64,000 nt of DNA from a virus (lineage: Duplodnaviria; Caudoviricetes). The position numbers and the translations under genes are program-made. The stretch lies in the IMG/VR virus record IMGVR_UViG_3300027996_003878; one strand, given 5' to 3'. The notes below the pieces were generated by a model. The model saw only the letters and a program-made list of their open reading frames with translations, ran no database searches and was not told the origin of the DNA. Shown here piece by piece: positions 38,427 through 47,190 of the stretch (within the stretch, counting starts at the first letter, position 1; each line of letters opens with the position of its first letter).

Positions 38427-39047
38427 TCACTCACTAACTCGTAAAAGAATTCGTGGGGGTTTTTCCTCCGCAAAGTAAACATCTCCAAATTCTTTTGGCA
38501 GGGATGTCTGAATACTTGAAAATTTTAAACTCTTGTATACGTAGTAAGATTTTTCAAGCTCGCTAGGATCTTCGAAGCCAAGACCTCCACCTCCACCCTT
38601 AATATCTAGACTTCGAAAAGACACATCACCACCACCGTTATGGATAAAAGCCAGCCAAATCCAATTGACATCATAAGCAAAGTCAATTGGAGCCTCAATA
38701 ACAGAATTACCCTTCAGATTAAGTGTACCCGAGTCTACAAGCAGACTGCCAGGCAGCCCATTGGCATTCGCATAAACACCTAACCTAATACTTTTATCAC
38801 TGTCAACATTACTTGTACATTCAATTGCAATCTTATCAAATTGAACTCGCTGCTCCAAAGACATTGGGGCAGCATACAGCGTATGAGCCGGCCTTGCCAC
38901 CTGTAGGACGCTATCTGGTGTTAATCCAAGTCCATTATCATACCATCTACCTTTAATGAGGCCTGGTGTTGATATATAAACTGAATTAATGCAAATATCT
39001 TTGCCCAAAACTGACACATAAGTGCCTGCGCCTGCCTTAATGCTCAT
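38427..39047 (-). CDS. Putative virion structural protein
   Basis: 206-aa beta-rich ORF in the structural cluster (IRLGVY...GLPGSLLVDSG). Confidence 0.5.
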   Translation of the reverse strand: MSIKAGAGTYVSVLGKDICINSVYISTPGLIKGRWYDNGLGLTPDSVLQVARPAHTLYAAPMSLEQRVQFDKIAIECTSNVDSDKSIRLGVYANANGLPGSLLVDSGTLNLKGNSVIEAPIDFAYDVNWIWLAFIHNGGGDVSFRSLDIKGGGGGLGFEDPSELEKSYYVYKSLKFSSIQTSLPKEFGDVYFAEEKPPRILLRVSE

Positions 39048-39050
39048 AAC

Positions 39051-39509
39051 TTATTCTGGCTTATAGAACCTTAGAGTCTCTAGGTCTAGACTCCACTTTT
39101 CATCACCATTAATGTCAATGCCATAAGACTCGGCTAAGGTTCGGCTTGTTGCAATCATTTCCTCTTTGACGGCCTGTAGGCCTTTTAAGCATTCGCCTTT
39201 GTCTCTTTCGGCCTTTTGTTTTTGAGCCATTTCTTGCATAGCAAGATCTGCAAGAGCCATTTTTAATCTATTAAATCTACCTTGAATGCTAGATAGTTTC
39301 TTCTTGTCCGCTGGCTTTAAATTAATAAAATCCGGCCCCTTATCCGCCGTAGTAGCCTTGATCTTTGAAGCCCCAGCTGACGTCTTGCGTGTAGAAGTTT
39401 TTCTTGACTTAGACTTACTGACCGTCTTTCGCTTAGGCGCATTGCTCACAGTTGATGCTGTAGAATAACTTCTCTTAGACTTAGTGCTGCTTTTTTTTCT
39501 CGCCGCCAT
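39051..39509 (-). CDS. Protein with a histone-H1-like K/S/R/T-rich N-terminal tail and coiled coil
   Basis: MAARKKSSTKSKRSYSTASTVSNAPKRKTVSKSKSRKTSTRK. Confidence 0.6.
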   Translation of the reverse strand: MAARKKSSTKSKRSYSTASTVSNAPKRKTVSKSKSRKTSTRKTSAGASKIKATTADKGPDFINLKPADKKKLSSIQGRFNRLKMALADLAMQEMAQKQKAERDKGECLKGLQAVKEEMIATSRTLAESYGIDINGDEKWSLDLETLRFYKPE

Positions 39510-39581
39510 ACTATCACTCCATTAAAAATAACTTTTGTCTTAATTTCTTAATTACATTATATAGCCTGACTATATATTATG

Positions 39582-39628
39582 TTTGTATATAAAGTAAGTA
39601 AATAAAATTTACTTACTTTATATACAAA
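39582..39628. repeat. AT-rich perfect inverted repeat (22-bp arms, 3-nt loop)
   Basis: TTTGTATATAAAGTAAGTAAAT-AAA-ATTTACTTACTTTATATACAAA. Confidence 0.9.
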
Positions 39629-39667
39629 ATTACCGCCTCTCTCTAGAGAGAGGCGGTAATTTTTTTC
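39626..39667. terminator. 38-bp perfect palindrome, likely terminator of the fibre gene
   Basis: AAAATTACCGCCTCTCTCTAGAGAGAGGCGGTAATTTT with T-tracts on both strands. Confidence 0.8.
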
Positions 39668-39714
39668 ACTTATATAACATAGTCTTATGCATTATTCTTA
39701 CTTATACCTAGTTA

Positions 39715-41562
39715 TTAGCTAATTTCGACAGTTGCCTTAACAGCGAGCATAACGTCGTAGTTACCATCGCCATCCGCAGCGCTTGTCATACAAACACCAA
39801 GCTCAGCAACATACTCGCCAGCAGCACTCGGCGCTGTTGTTGTTGCATTACCAGCGTTAACGAGTCCGCCGTCCATATAGACAAGGTCACCAGCTGAAGG
39901 AGCGGCTGTAAAGGCCATCGGAGCAACACCGCTAACAATAGCCTCGCCAGATGCGTCAGATGTCTTGCAGACACCGCCAAAGACGGAGCTTGAAGCGCCT
40001 GAATTATCAGCAGCAGCAAGCGTCTTATTAGCAGAGTAATAACCAAGCTCACCAACACTAAGTGCTGACGTGTCAATTCCAGGAGCAACAACCTGAGCTA
40101 CAGACTCAACTGCGCTACCCATATCGGTCCAAGAACCGTTGATGTAGCCCAACATTTGGCTTGTGCCCGTATCATAAATGATCATACCATTTGTAGGCGC
40201 TGCGATTGATGCATTTGTGGTCTGTGTGACCTGCGGGGCCTTGTCGGGCTGTTGGTTCAAGATAAGAGCGTCACCTGCATGCTGGAAATCAGCAATATCG
40301 CCACCTGAGTTGATCATCAAGATAGAGTAACCATCGCGAACAACAGTAAGTCCAGCTGAAATTTGACCACTAAAGTAGTTAACACCAGAGCCAGACTGAG
40401 TCATGCTGGGGTTTGTGCCTGAAACGTCAAATGTGTAGCCGAGGAAGCTTGTTGAGTTAATTGCAGCCAAAACACCACCATCAACATAGAGGCCAGAGCC
40501 GCTTGCTTGAGCGTAGGTGCTTGAGTAGAAGTTGCCAGTAACAGTCGTATCGCCGGCAAGTGTGTTAGCACCAAGAGCGCTCTGAGTGATACCGCCAGTA
40601 GCGTTATCAAAAACGATTGTAGCGCCCGTAGCGTCGGTGAATGTATAATCGCCGCCTTGGTGGGTGCTAGCGCCAGTGACATCAAGACCGCCATCAGCAT
40701 CAAGATTACCAGCTAAGGTCACCTGAGCAGCTGTTGACTGTGTGATTGCGCCAGTGGCTTGAGCGATTGTAAAAGCGCCGCCTGTAGCGTCAGTCATTGT
40801 GAAATCAGCGCCTGAGACATCAAGACCGCCATCAGCATCAAGATTACCGCCAAGCGTGACTTGGGCTGTACCTGTCTGCGTCATCGTGGCATCTGCCTCT
40901 GTGATTCTAAAGACACTTCCATCAGTAGCCGTGAACAAGAAGTCACCACCAGTGATGTCAACACCGTCTTGCGCGTCAACGTTACCAGAAAGTGTGACCT
41001 GCGCGCCACCTGTTTGTGTAAGGGCGCCAGCCATTGTTGTTGCGCCGGTTACATCAAGACCACCATCGGCATCAAGATTGCCAGAAAGTGTGACCTGAGC
41101 GCCACCAATCTGATCAACTTGACCAGTTAAGGTTGTAGCGCCAGTGACATCAAGACCTTGATTAGCATCAAGGTTACCGTCGAAGTCTGCTTGACCTGAA
41201 CCGAAGTTCCACGTCGGGTTGCCCGTAGCAGTAACGTTACCAGCAGCATAATCTGTGGTAGCGTTGATTGTCAAAGTATCAGCAGCTGCATCACCAAGGG
41301 TGATATTGCCTTGAAAATCTGCATCACTTTCAAAAGTGCTGTTACCAATAACAGTCTCTGTACCATCAATTCTAAGGTCACCCTTGATTGTGGTAAGAAC
41401 ACCGACAGAGCCGATGTCAATTGAAGTTGCCGTTGAGGCACCAAGTAAAAGTGAACCAGCCTGATCTGTATCAAGACCAGCAGCCTGTTGTACTTCGAGT
41501 ACTGAACCACTCGGGAGCTGTTGAATTCTACCCGAAATGGATAATAAAGGTAAATTAGCCAT
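39715..41562 (-). CDS. Virion fibre-like repeat protein
   Basis: Six GN(L/V)DAxxG(L/V)D(V/I)xG repeats; G/A/T/D-rich; strong AGGAGA RBS; C-terminal domain similar to that of 41949..43595. Confidence 0.7.
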   Translation of the reverse strand: MANLPLLSISGRIQQLPSGSVLEVQQAAGLDTDQAGSLLLGASTATSIDIGSVGVLTTIKGDLRIDGTETVIGNSTFESDADFQGNITLGDAAADTLTINATTDYAAGNVTATGNPTWNFGSGQADFDGNLDANQGLDVTGATTLTGQVDQIGGAQVTLSGNLDADGGLDVTGATTMAGALTQTGGAQVTLSGNVDAQDGVDITGGDFLFTATDGSVFRITEADATMTQTGTAQVTLGGNLDADGGLDVSGADFTMTDATGGAFTIAQATGAITQSTAAQVTLAGNLDADGGLDVTGASTHQGGDYTFTDATGATIVFDNATGGITQSALGANTLAGDTTVTGNFYSSTYAQASGSGLYVDGGVLAAINSTSFLGYTFDVSGTNPSMTQSGSGVNYFSGQISAGLTVVRDGYSILMINSGGDIADFQHAGDALILNQQPDKAPQVTQTTNASIAAPTNGMIIYDTGTSQMLGYINGSWTDMGSAVESVAQVVAPGIDTSALSVGELGYYSANKTLAAADNSGASSSVFGGVCKTSDASGEAIVSGVAPMAFTAAPSAGDLVYMDGGLVNAGNATTTAPSAAGEYVAELGVCMTSAADGDGNYDVMLAVKATVEIS

Positions 41563-41621
41563 AATATTCTCCTAATTAAAAAAATGTGTATATTTTATCT
41601 TAATTACGTTAACGTTCGTTT

Positions 41622-41693
41622 TAATCTTACTAATCTTACTAATCTTACTAATCTTACTAATCTTACTAATTTTACTAATTTTACTTAATCTTA
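41622..41693. repeat. Intergenic 9-bp tandem repeat (TAATCTTAC)n
   Basis: 5 perfect copies at 41622-41666, 2 TAATTTTAC variants and 1 partial copy. Confidence 0.95.
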
Positions 41694-41927
41694 AACTTCT
41701 TCATAACGGATATCAGCTCTTAAGCAGCGAATTGATCTTTCATCCGTAAAGTCATAAGGTACACCGTCTTTTGAGATAACGTCACCGGCTTTCCATCCCG
41801 AGGCATCAGGAGCAGGAAACTCCTCCATTCTGCCGTCTTTCATCGGGACCCTGATCATCAATGTTTGGCCCATTTGCTTAACCAAACCAGGTCTCGGTGG
41901 CTCTCCCAAATACTTAAATTGAGCCAT
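41691..41927 (-). CDS. Small hypothetical protein in the structural cluster
   Basis: 78-aa ORF with AGGAGA RBS. Confidence 0.7.
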   Translation of the reverse strand: MAQFKYLGEPPRPGLVKQMGQTLMIRVPMKDGRMEEFPAPDASGWKAGDVISKDGVPYDFTDERSIRCLRADIRYEEV

Positions 41928-41948
41928 ATTTTCTCCTTTTTTTTACAA

Positions 41949-43595
41949 TCATGATAATATCACAAAATCTTGATCAACCATCACAATTAATGTTGTATTG
42001 TCTTTCGCAACGCCTATCTTTTGCACTACCGAACCCGCGCTTGCAGGCGCTACATTTGTAATTTGCCCCGATATTTCCGACAAATAGTAAGCTTCACCCG
42101 TAATCAAACCGGGATAGTTTATCTCACCGTAAAACAAAACCTCTGCCGTGGTCGCTGTAGGTTTATTCAAGATTATTCCTATACTGGGATATTTAGTTGG
42201 ATTATTTGCACTAGCCGTACCAACTGAGTTACTTCCGTTAATATATACAGCATATCCATCCAAAACCAAACTTGTACAAGAAAATAAACCAGTTACCTTA
42301 TTTGAAGTTGTGGCTCCACTAGTACCTATAATAGAGGATCCGCTTCTAGTTAATAAATCTCCATCACTAAGAGAATCAATAGCTAAGCTTTGGCCGCCAG
42401 CTTCTGTTAAAGCAACAACGCTTGGATTTGGATATAACCCAGATAAATCGCCTCCGGCAGGGCCATTATTTATTAAACACCTATTAGATGGATCAACTAA
42501 AGCGCCAATATATTGACCACCATATATTTCAGCAGATCCAGTGCCAATGTCTAAACTCAAATTTCCTTGAATATGGCCATTTTCTAGAAAAAAATCAGCA
42601 TATCCATCAACAGTAACATTTCCGCCAATTTGACCTGTCTGCAAATAAAAAATAGACGTATCATTTACAGTCAGATCTCCATTTATAGAAACATTACTGA
42701 GATCTCCTAAACCTACATCTCCATTAAACTCAAGGGATGTCAGCTTAGATATCCCACCGTTTAGGCCATAATTCCCTCCTGCCGGATACCCTTCAGGATC
42801 AGTTGTATCAAATGTAAAGTCGAATAAAGGAGACGTCACTGTAGTAGATGCCAGCCATGCTCCAGAAACATTAAACATAGTAATACCAGAGCCTCCCAGC
42901 CAACATCCGGTATTAAAAGTTATGTAGTTTGTGTTCCTAGCATACATTGCTAAAGCAGCTCCTATTGTTCTAAAATTACAATTAACAAAATTAATTTCTA
43001 CACCGCCAAAATTAGTAGTCACAGGCGATGCGTCCCCCTTAACTCCAATTAATTGGACTGCGGGAGAGGTTCCATCTTGAGGTCGAAAGTCTAAATTTCT
43101 AAATTGATTATCTGATGGTCCGGCAGAGCCGCTATTAACAAGGCCTGAATAAGGCCCGCCGGAAAGATAAGTGTTTAATGATACTGAGGTGGCGTTGCTT
43201 AATACCAAGCAGGAGCCTGTCGTGGCTTTTATCTGACAGAGACCTTGCCCTCCACGCCCAATTAAACCAACACCACTTTTGCTAATAATTAAATTTTCGT
43301 CATATATCCCTGGTGCAATAATAACTGCGGCAGGGTTTGAAGTGCTAGGTGATAAACCGCTTTCAATATCATCAATAGCATACTGAATCGTTTTATATGG
43401 GCTTGAGGAAGTTCCATAGCCAACACCATCAGTGCCGCTGAGATCAACATATCTTGACCTTTCCGGCAATGGCAATGGTGGTAAATCGCTTGGAGGCCTG
43501 GCCTCCCAGCGATTTGTTGCAGCGTCATACGCAACCACGTAGCCATCAGCAGCTCCAAATGGAGGTGCTAATTGTTTAAGTGGGAGTTTTGGCAT
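41949..43595 (-). CDS. Virion fibre or beta-helix protein
   Basis: PYKTIQYAI and beta-helix-like body, GGDLSGLYPNPSV hinge, C-terminal GLITGEAYYLS...APASAG...QKIGVA domain. Confidence 0.65.
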   Translation of the reverse strand: MPKLPLKQLAPPFGAADGYVVAYDAATNRWEARPPSDLPPLPLPERSRYVDLSGTDGVGYGTSSSPYKTIQYAIDDIESGLSPSTSNPAAVIIAPGIYDENLIISKSGVGLIGRGGQGLCQIKATTGSCLVLSNATSVSLNTYLSGGPYSGLVNSGSAGPSDNQFRNLDFRPQDGTSPAVQLIGVKGDASPVTTNFGGVEINFVNCNFRTIGAALAMYARNTNYITFNTGCWLGGSGITMFNVSGAWLASTTVTSPLFDFTFDTTDPEGYPAGGNYGLNGGISKLTSLEFNGDVGLGDLSNVSINGDLTVNDTSIFYLQTGQIGGNVTVDGYADFFLENGHIQGNLSLDIGTGSAEIYGGQYIGALVDPSNRCLINNGPAGGDLSGLYPNPSVVALTEAGGQSLAIDSLSDGDLLTRSGSSIIGTSGATTSNKVTGLFSCTSLVLDGYAVYINGSNSVGTASANNPTKYPSIGIILNKPTATTAEVLFYGEINYPGLITGEAYYLSEISGQITNVAPASAGSVVQKIGVAKDNTTLIVMVDQDFVILS

Positions 43596-43736
43596 ACGAA
43601 ATACTTACAAAATAAAACTTTGGTTATGTTAACATGTCCTCCTTTTTATAAATAAATAATAATAGATTGTTACATCTAACTAATTGACACTAAACATTTG
43701 CAAGTGGTTAAAAAAATTAATTTAATTAATTATTAT

Positions 43737-44312
43737 TTAAATGTCATAATTTAAATCAATTACATCAAAAGCATCCAAATCAAAATTTGCATTAACACCG
43801 TTCCAAATTAGCTTATCACCCGCCGCAATGTCTTTGATCTTTTTAGCAGTCAAACCTGAGCTGGTAGCTGAGAAGTAACACTCAGTGTTTTTCAAACCAT
43901 CACCTACAGCCGCCTGAATTCCATTAACCATTACAGTAACATAGCTGTCATTTTTAGGAGTTTCACTTATTTTAATATTTGTATATGATCCATTGCCAGC
44001 CGTCACTGCTGGAGTTAGCGCTTTGTCTTTAATAGTTGGAACGCCTCCTTCCTCAATCGGTGGCGGCATCGGGCCGGGAGTAAGGCTATTAATTTGCAAC
44101 TCCATGTTATCAAGTCTGGCCCTAACAGTCCCCCACTCACGGCTAGGATCTATGCCCAACTCTTTTTCGATATTAATAGTTGCATCCCTCAAACGATTAA
44201 CCACCTCCGCCTTTACAGGCGTAACCAAATCTATAGTAATTGGCAATTCAACAGATGAATCTATTTGATATGGATATTTACTATATTTAGGCAAAATACC
44301 TCCAAAATTCAA
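43737..44312 (-). CDS. Putative virion structural protein
   Basis: 191-aa ORF in the structural cluster; Pro-rich hinge and beta-rich C-terminus. Confidence 0.5.
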   Translation of the reverse strand: MNFGGILPKYSKYPYQIDSSVELPITIDLVTPVKAEVVNRLRDATINIEKELGIDPSREWGTVRARLDNMELQINSLTPGPMPPPIEEGGVPTIKDKALTPAVTAGNGSYTNIKISETPKNDSYVTVMVNGIQAAVGDGLKNTECYFSATSSGLTAKKIKDIAAGDKLIWNGVNANFDLDAFDVIDLNYDI

Positions 44313-44420
44313 AAGTAAAAGAAATCTATCTCAATGTTAAAAAATTAATAAATAAAAAAATAAAATATTTATATAATATATAATAAATTGTAGATATATG
44401 TTTAATTATGCGTATAAAAA

Positions 44421-44457
44421 AAAATAAGGCCTGAACTTTTAATTCAGGCCTTATTTT
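44421..44457. terminator. Bidirectional intrinsic terminator
   Basis: AAAATAAGGCCTGAA...TTCAGGCCTTATTTT. Confidence 0.8.
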
Positions 44458-44489
44458 GTATTAATATAATTAATAATATAAATTATTAA

Positions 44490-44831
44490 TTATCGAACCA
44501 CCCCCTTAAAAATCTGCTCTAGAGCCGAAGCCGTCACAGTCTTCGGGTTAATTCGATAATAAGTAACTCGCGCATTATTGTTACTTGCCCTCTTATTGAG
44601 ATCATTAGCTGAAGCGCACTCAACCGTGAAGCCGCCATACTGCGGCTTTCTCAAATCTCGCAAGCGAGAGCCTGCGAAGGGAACTCGAAAGGCAGTTCGA
44701 GATACCCAGCCGCCTTTAGCCTTCAGCAAGGAGTGAAGGACACGCTGAGTGTTACTTGTAAGCTTACGTCGATTAATGCTTTCAACAATAGAGGTAACCT
44801 TCTTACTTTTAAATGATGTATTTGTAGTCAT
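44490..44831 (-). CDS. Putative winged-helix DNA-binding protein
   Basis: QRVLHSLLKAKGGWVSR...SRLRDLRKPQYGGFTVEC...TYYRI. Confidence 0.6.
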   Translation of the reverse strand: MTTNTSFKSKKVTSIVESINRRKLTSNTQRVLHSLLKAKGGWVSRTAFRVPFAGSRLRDLRKPQYGGFTVECASANDLNKRASNNNARVTYYRINPKTVTASALEQIFKGVVR

Positions 44832-44913
44832 TAGCTACATTCCTTTCTAACTTTATAAAAAGTTTATTTTATAAAAAAATCAAGCCAACATCAGCTTGAA
44901 AATATGATCATTA

Positions 44914-45099
44914 TCAATTCAATAAGCCTAAGCTATTGATAAGTTTTATAAAATCATCTTTCTCTATCTCGACTGAATTGATAATCGTATTTAAATGATT
45001 GGAACCGTCTTTAGCCGACAAGATAACAACAACATTTCCACTGGAATTCAGCTTTAACTCCAGATAATTATCAATATTTTCATCAAAAGTTAATCTCAT
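44914..45099 (-). CDS. Hypothetical protein
   Basis: 61-aa ORF. Confidence 0.55.
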   Translation of the reverse strand: MRLTFDENIDNYLELKLNSSGNVVVILSAKDGSNHLNTIINSVEIEKDDFIKLINSLGLLN

Positions 45100-45103
45100 T
45101 GAC

Positions 45104-45388
45104 TTAGATCCTTTTAAAAAAGACGGCTTTCTTTAAAAAAACAAACTTATCAGAGACAAAAGCTGATCCTGATATTAATCCACACCCAATCTTATTAACT
45201 ACCTTGTTATCTTTATTTACCAAGACAAAGGCGAGATTGCCAATGGATGTCATTTTGACAATATCAAAATAACTTAAAGCTATCTTTAAGTTATAAAGCG
45301 ACACATCATCGCCATAACACTCTTCAACCAAATTATCAAAGTCGCCAACTTTAATTCCATTATCGAGAATAAAACCATTACTAATCAT
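45104..45388 (-). CDS. Hypothetical protein
   Basis: 94-aa ORF overlapping the map stop. Confidence 0.55.
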   Translation of the reverse strand: MISNGFILDNGIKVGDFDNLVEECYGDDVSLYNLKIALSYFDIVKMTSIGNLAFVLVNKDNKVVNKIGCGLISGSAFVSDKFVFLKKAVFFKRI

Positions 45389-46181
45389 AAGTAATATCCT
45401 CCCATTTAGTCATTACTTCAGTGTAAGTGTCATGAACAAATATTGTATGCTCAAAATGACAAGAGATATCCTTAGTTACAATCGTCCAACCATCGTCCAA
45501 AACTTTAGTCTTATCACTTTTTAAAGATAGCATTGGTTCAATTGCTATTGTTAATCCCTTTTGAATCCTAATACCCTCTTTTGCTTTCGCTTTGTTATAA
45601 ACAAAAGGATGAGCGTGAGGTGTATTAAGCTCCAAACCATGGCCGCCATAATTAGTAATTAAATGATATGGATAACCTCTTACAGTACGATAAATTGTCT
45701 GGCCTATTATTCCTAGCTGCTTACCAACTGCAATCGAATCAATTGCTTTATCTAAGGATTTTTTACATAATTCGAGCATATAAACATGATCTTTTTTTAT
45801 AGGCTCACCGTAGATTGCAGTGATTGCTGCATCCGCTATTACGCCGTCATAAGTTGCCCCTAGATCTATCTTGACAACGTCGCCCTTTTGCAACACATAA
45901 TCACGAGGAATGCCGTGAACCAGTTCATTATTGACTGATGCGCATATAGAGCCTGGAAACCCTTTATAATCTTTAAAGGTGGCAGTGCAATCAAAAGACT
46001 CTATGCATTCAATTGCAAAATTTTCAATATCTAATAAATTCAAATTTGGCGTTGCGCTCTCTATGAGATGCTTTGACTTGGCTAGAATATTGCCTACACA
46101 TTTCCCAGCAATCCGCTGCTTTTGCAGCCAATCGTCATCTTTTAAAGAAATAAATTCATTATTAATAAATAAATCACTCAT
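45381..46181 (-). CDS. map: Methionine aminopeptidase type I
   Basis: ICASVN...HGIP, KIDLG, IADAA, GGHG, AIEPM, HFEHT. Confidence 0.95.
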   Translation of the reverse strand: MSDLFINNEFISLKDDDWLQKQRIAGKCVGNILAKSKHLIESATPNLNLLDIENFAIECIESFDCTATFKDYKGFPGSICASVNNELVHGIPRDYVLQKGDVVKIDLGATYDGVIADAAITAIYGEPIKKDHVYMLELCKKSLDKAIDSIAVGKQLGIIGQTIYRTVRGYPYHLITNYGGHGLELNTPHAHPFVYNKAKAKEGIRIQKGLTIAIEPMLSLKSDKTKVLDDGWTIVTKDISCHFEHTIFVHDTYTEVMTKWEDITYD

Positions 46182-46192
46182 AAAGTCTTTTT

Positions 46193-46393
46193 CTATGAAG
46201 AATATTCTTCATCTAATATTTTTAATGACTTACTGATAAACTCCTGATCCAAGGCATTTATAAGCTGTGCCAATCGAGGTACATCATCTTTGAGAACAAG
46301 AGTTCTGGGGCCATTAATTAAAAAATTTAAATGATTTCTAACAGCAACGATAGATGCCAGCTCATCAAACTTACTTTTAGAGGTATTTGCCAC
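46193..46393 (-). CDS. Hypothetical protein
   Basis: 66-aa ORF. Confidence 0.55.
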   Translation of the reverse strand: MANTSKSKFDELASIVAVRNHLNFLINGPRTLVLKDDVPRLAQLINALDQEFISKSLKILDEEYSS

Positions 46394-46397
46394 AGGA

Positions 46398-46790
46398 TTA
46401 ATCCATCATTCGGCCTAGATTTACAAACGGCACCACCTTTGGCGGTGGAGGCTCAGATTTAGCTTTTGTCGGATTACTCTTGTTCTTAGCGGCATGACTA
46501 TTGGAAGCATCATCTTGGCCGTATTTTATAATCGGCTCACCGCCACCATTCGACTCTTTTTCTTTTTTTATAATTTCCCCTGATGACTCATCTATTGTAT
46601 CATCTAGAGAAAGGCCCTTCTTAATATAGAATTTTAAGATCACATTATTAAATTCTAAATCTGCCTTTTGACTTTCTAATATATATTTTTCCGCTAATAG
46701 CGCTGAAAAAGACTTTTTAATCTTTGAGTCTTTTATTAATTGCAACTCTTTTTCAGATAGAAATTCTTTTTTTGATTCATCACTACTCAT
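46398..46790 (-). CDS. Hypothetical protein
   Basis: 130-aa ORF. Confidence 0.6.
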   Translation of the reverse strand: MSSDESKKEFLSEKELQLIKDSKIKKSFSALLAEKYILESQKADLEFNNVILKFYIKKGLSLDDTIDESSGEIIKKEKESNGGGEPIIKYGQDDASNSHAAKNKSNPTKAKSEPPPPKVVPFVNLGRMMD

Positions 46791-47175
46791 TATTTAAACT
46801 TTCTTGGATTTCACCATCAAATATAGTCCAATAACTTAAGTCTATTTGTATATAAAGTTTTTTAGACTTATCGACTTCAGATTTATCTTCTTTCAAAATG
46901 AAAAATGGCTTTTTCCACTCTGCAATTATTTCTTTTTCAAAGTATATTTTTACTCCGCCATCTCCGTCGTCTTTTACATGAACGTCATATTTTCTTAGCG
47001 CTTTCCTAAGTTTAATTTTGTGGTCTGTGGTAAAATACTCCACGCCCTCTTCTTCTGGAAAGCATTCTTCCAGAGGAATTTCTAGAACTTCTAAGACGCC
47101 CCGAATAAAATTATATTTTTCGTCAGCTTCTACCCGCCTTGCATCTTCTCTGTTTACATAAATTGAGAATTCCAC
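46783..47175 (-). CDS. Hypothetical protein
   Basis: 130-aa ORF. Confidence 0.65.
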   Translation of the reverse strand: MEFSIYVNREDARRVEADEKYNFIRGVLEVLEIPLEECFPEEEGVEYFTTDHKIKLRKALRKYDVHVKDDGDGGVKIYFEKEIIAEWKKPFFILKEDKSEVDKSKKLYIQIDLSYWTIFDGEIQESLNNE

Positions 47176-47190
47176 TTTTATTTAAATCAA

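Noticed and set aside
39786-41510. Alternative-frame and antisense ORFs over the fibre gene (39786..40091, 40401..40703, 40799..41098, 40861..41130, 41271..41510)
   Set aside because: These are shadow ORFs caused by the repetitive, GC-richer codon pattern of the real gene; they have no RBS or recognisable motifs.
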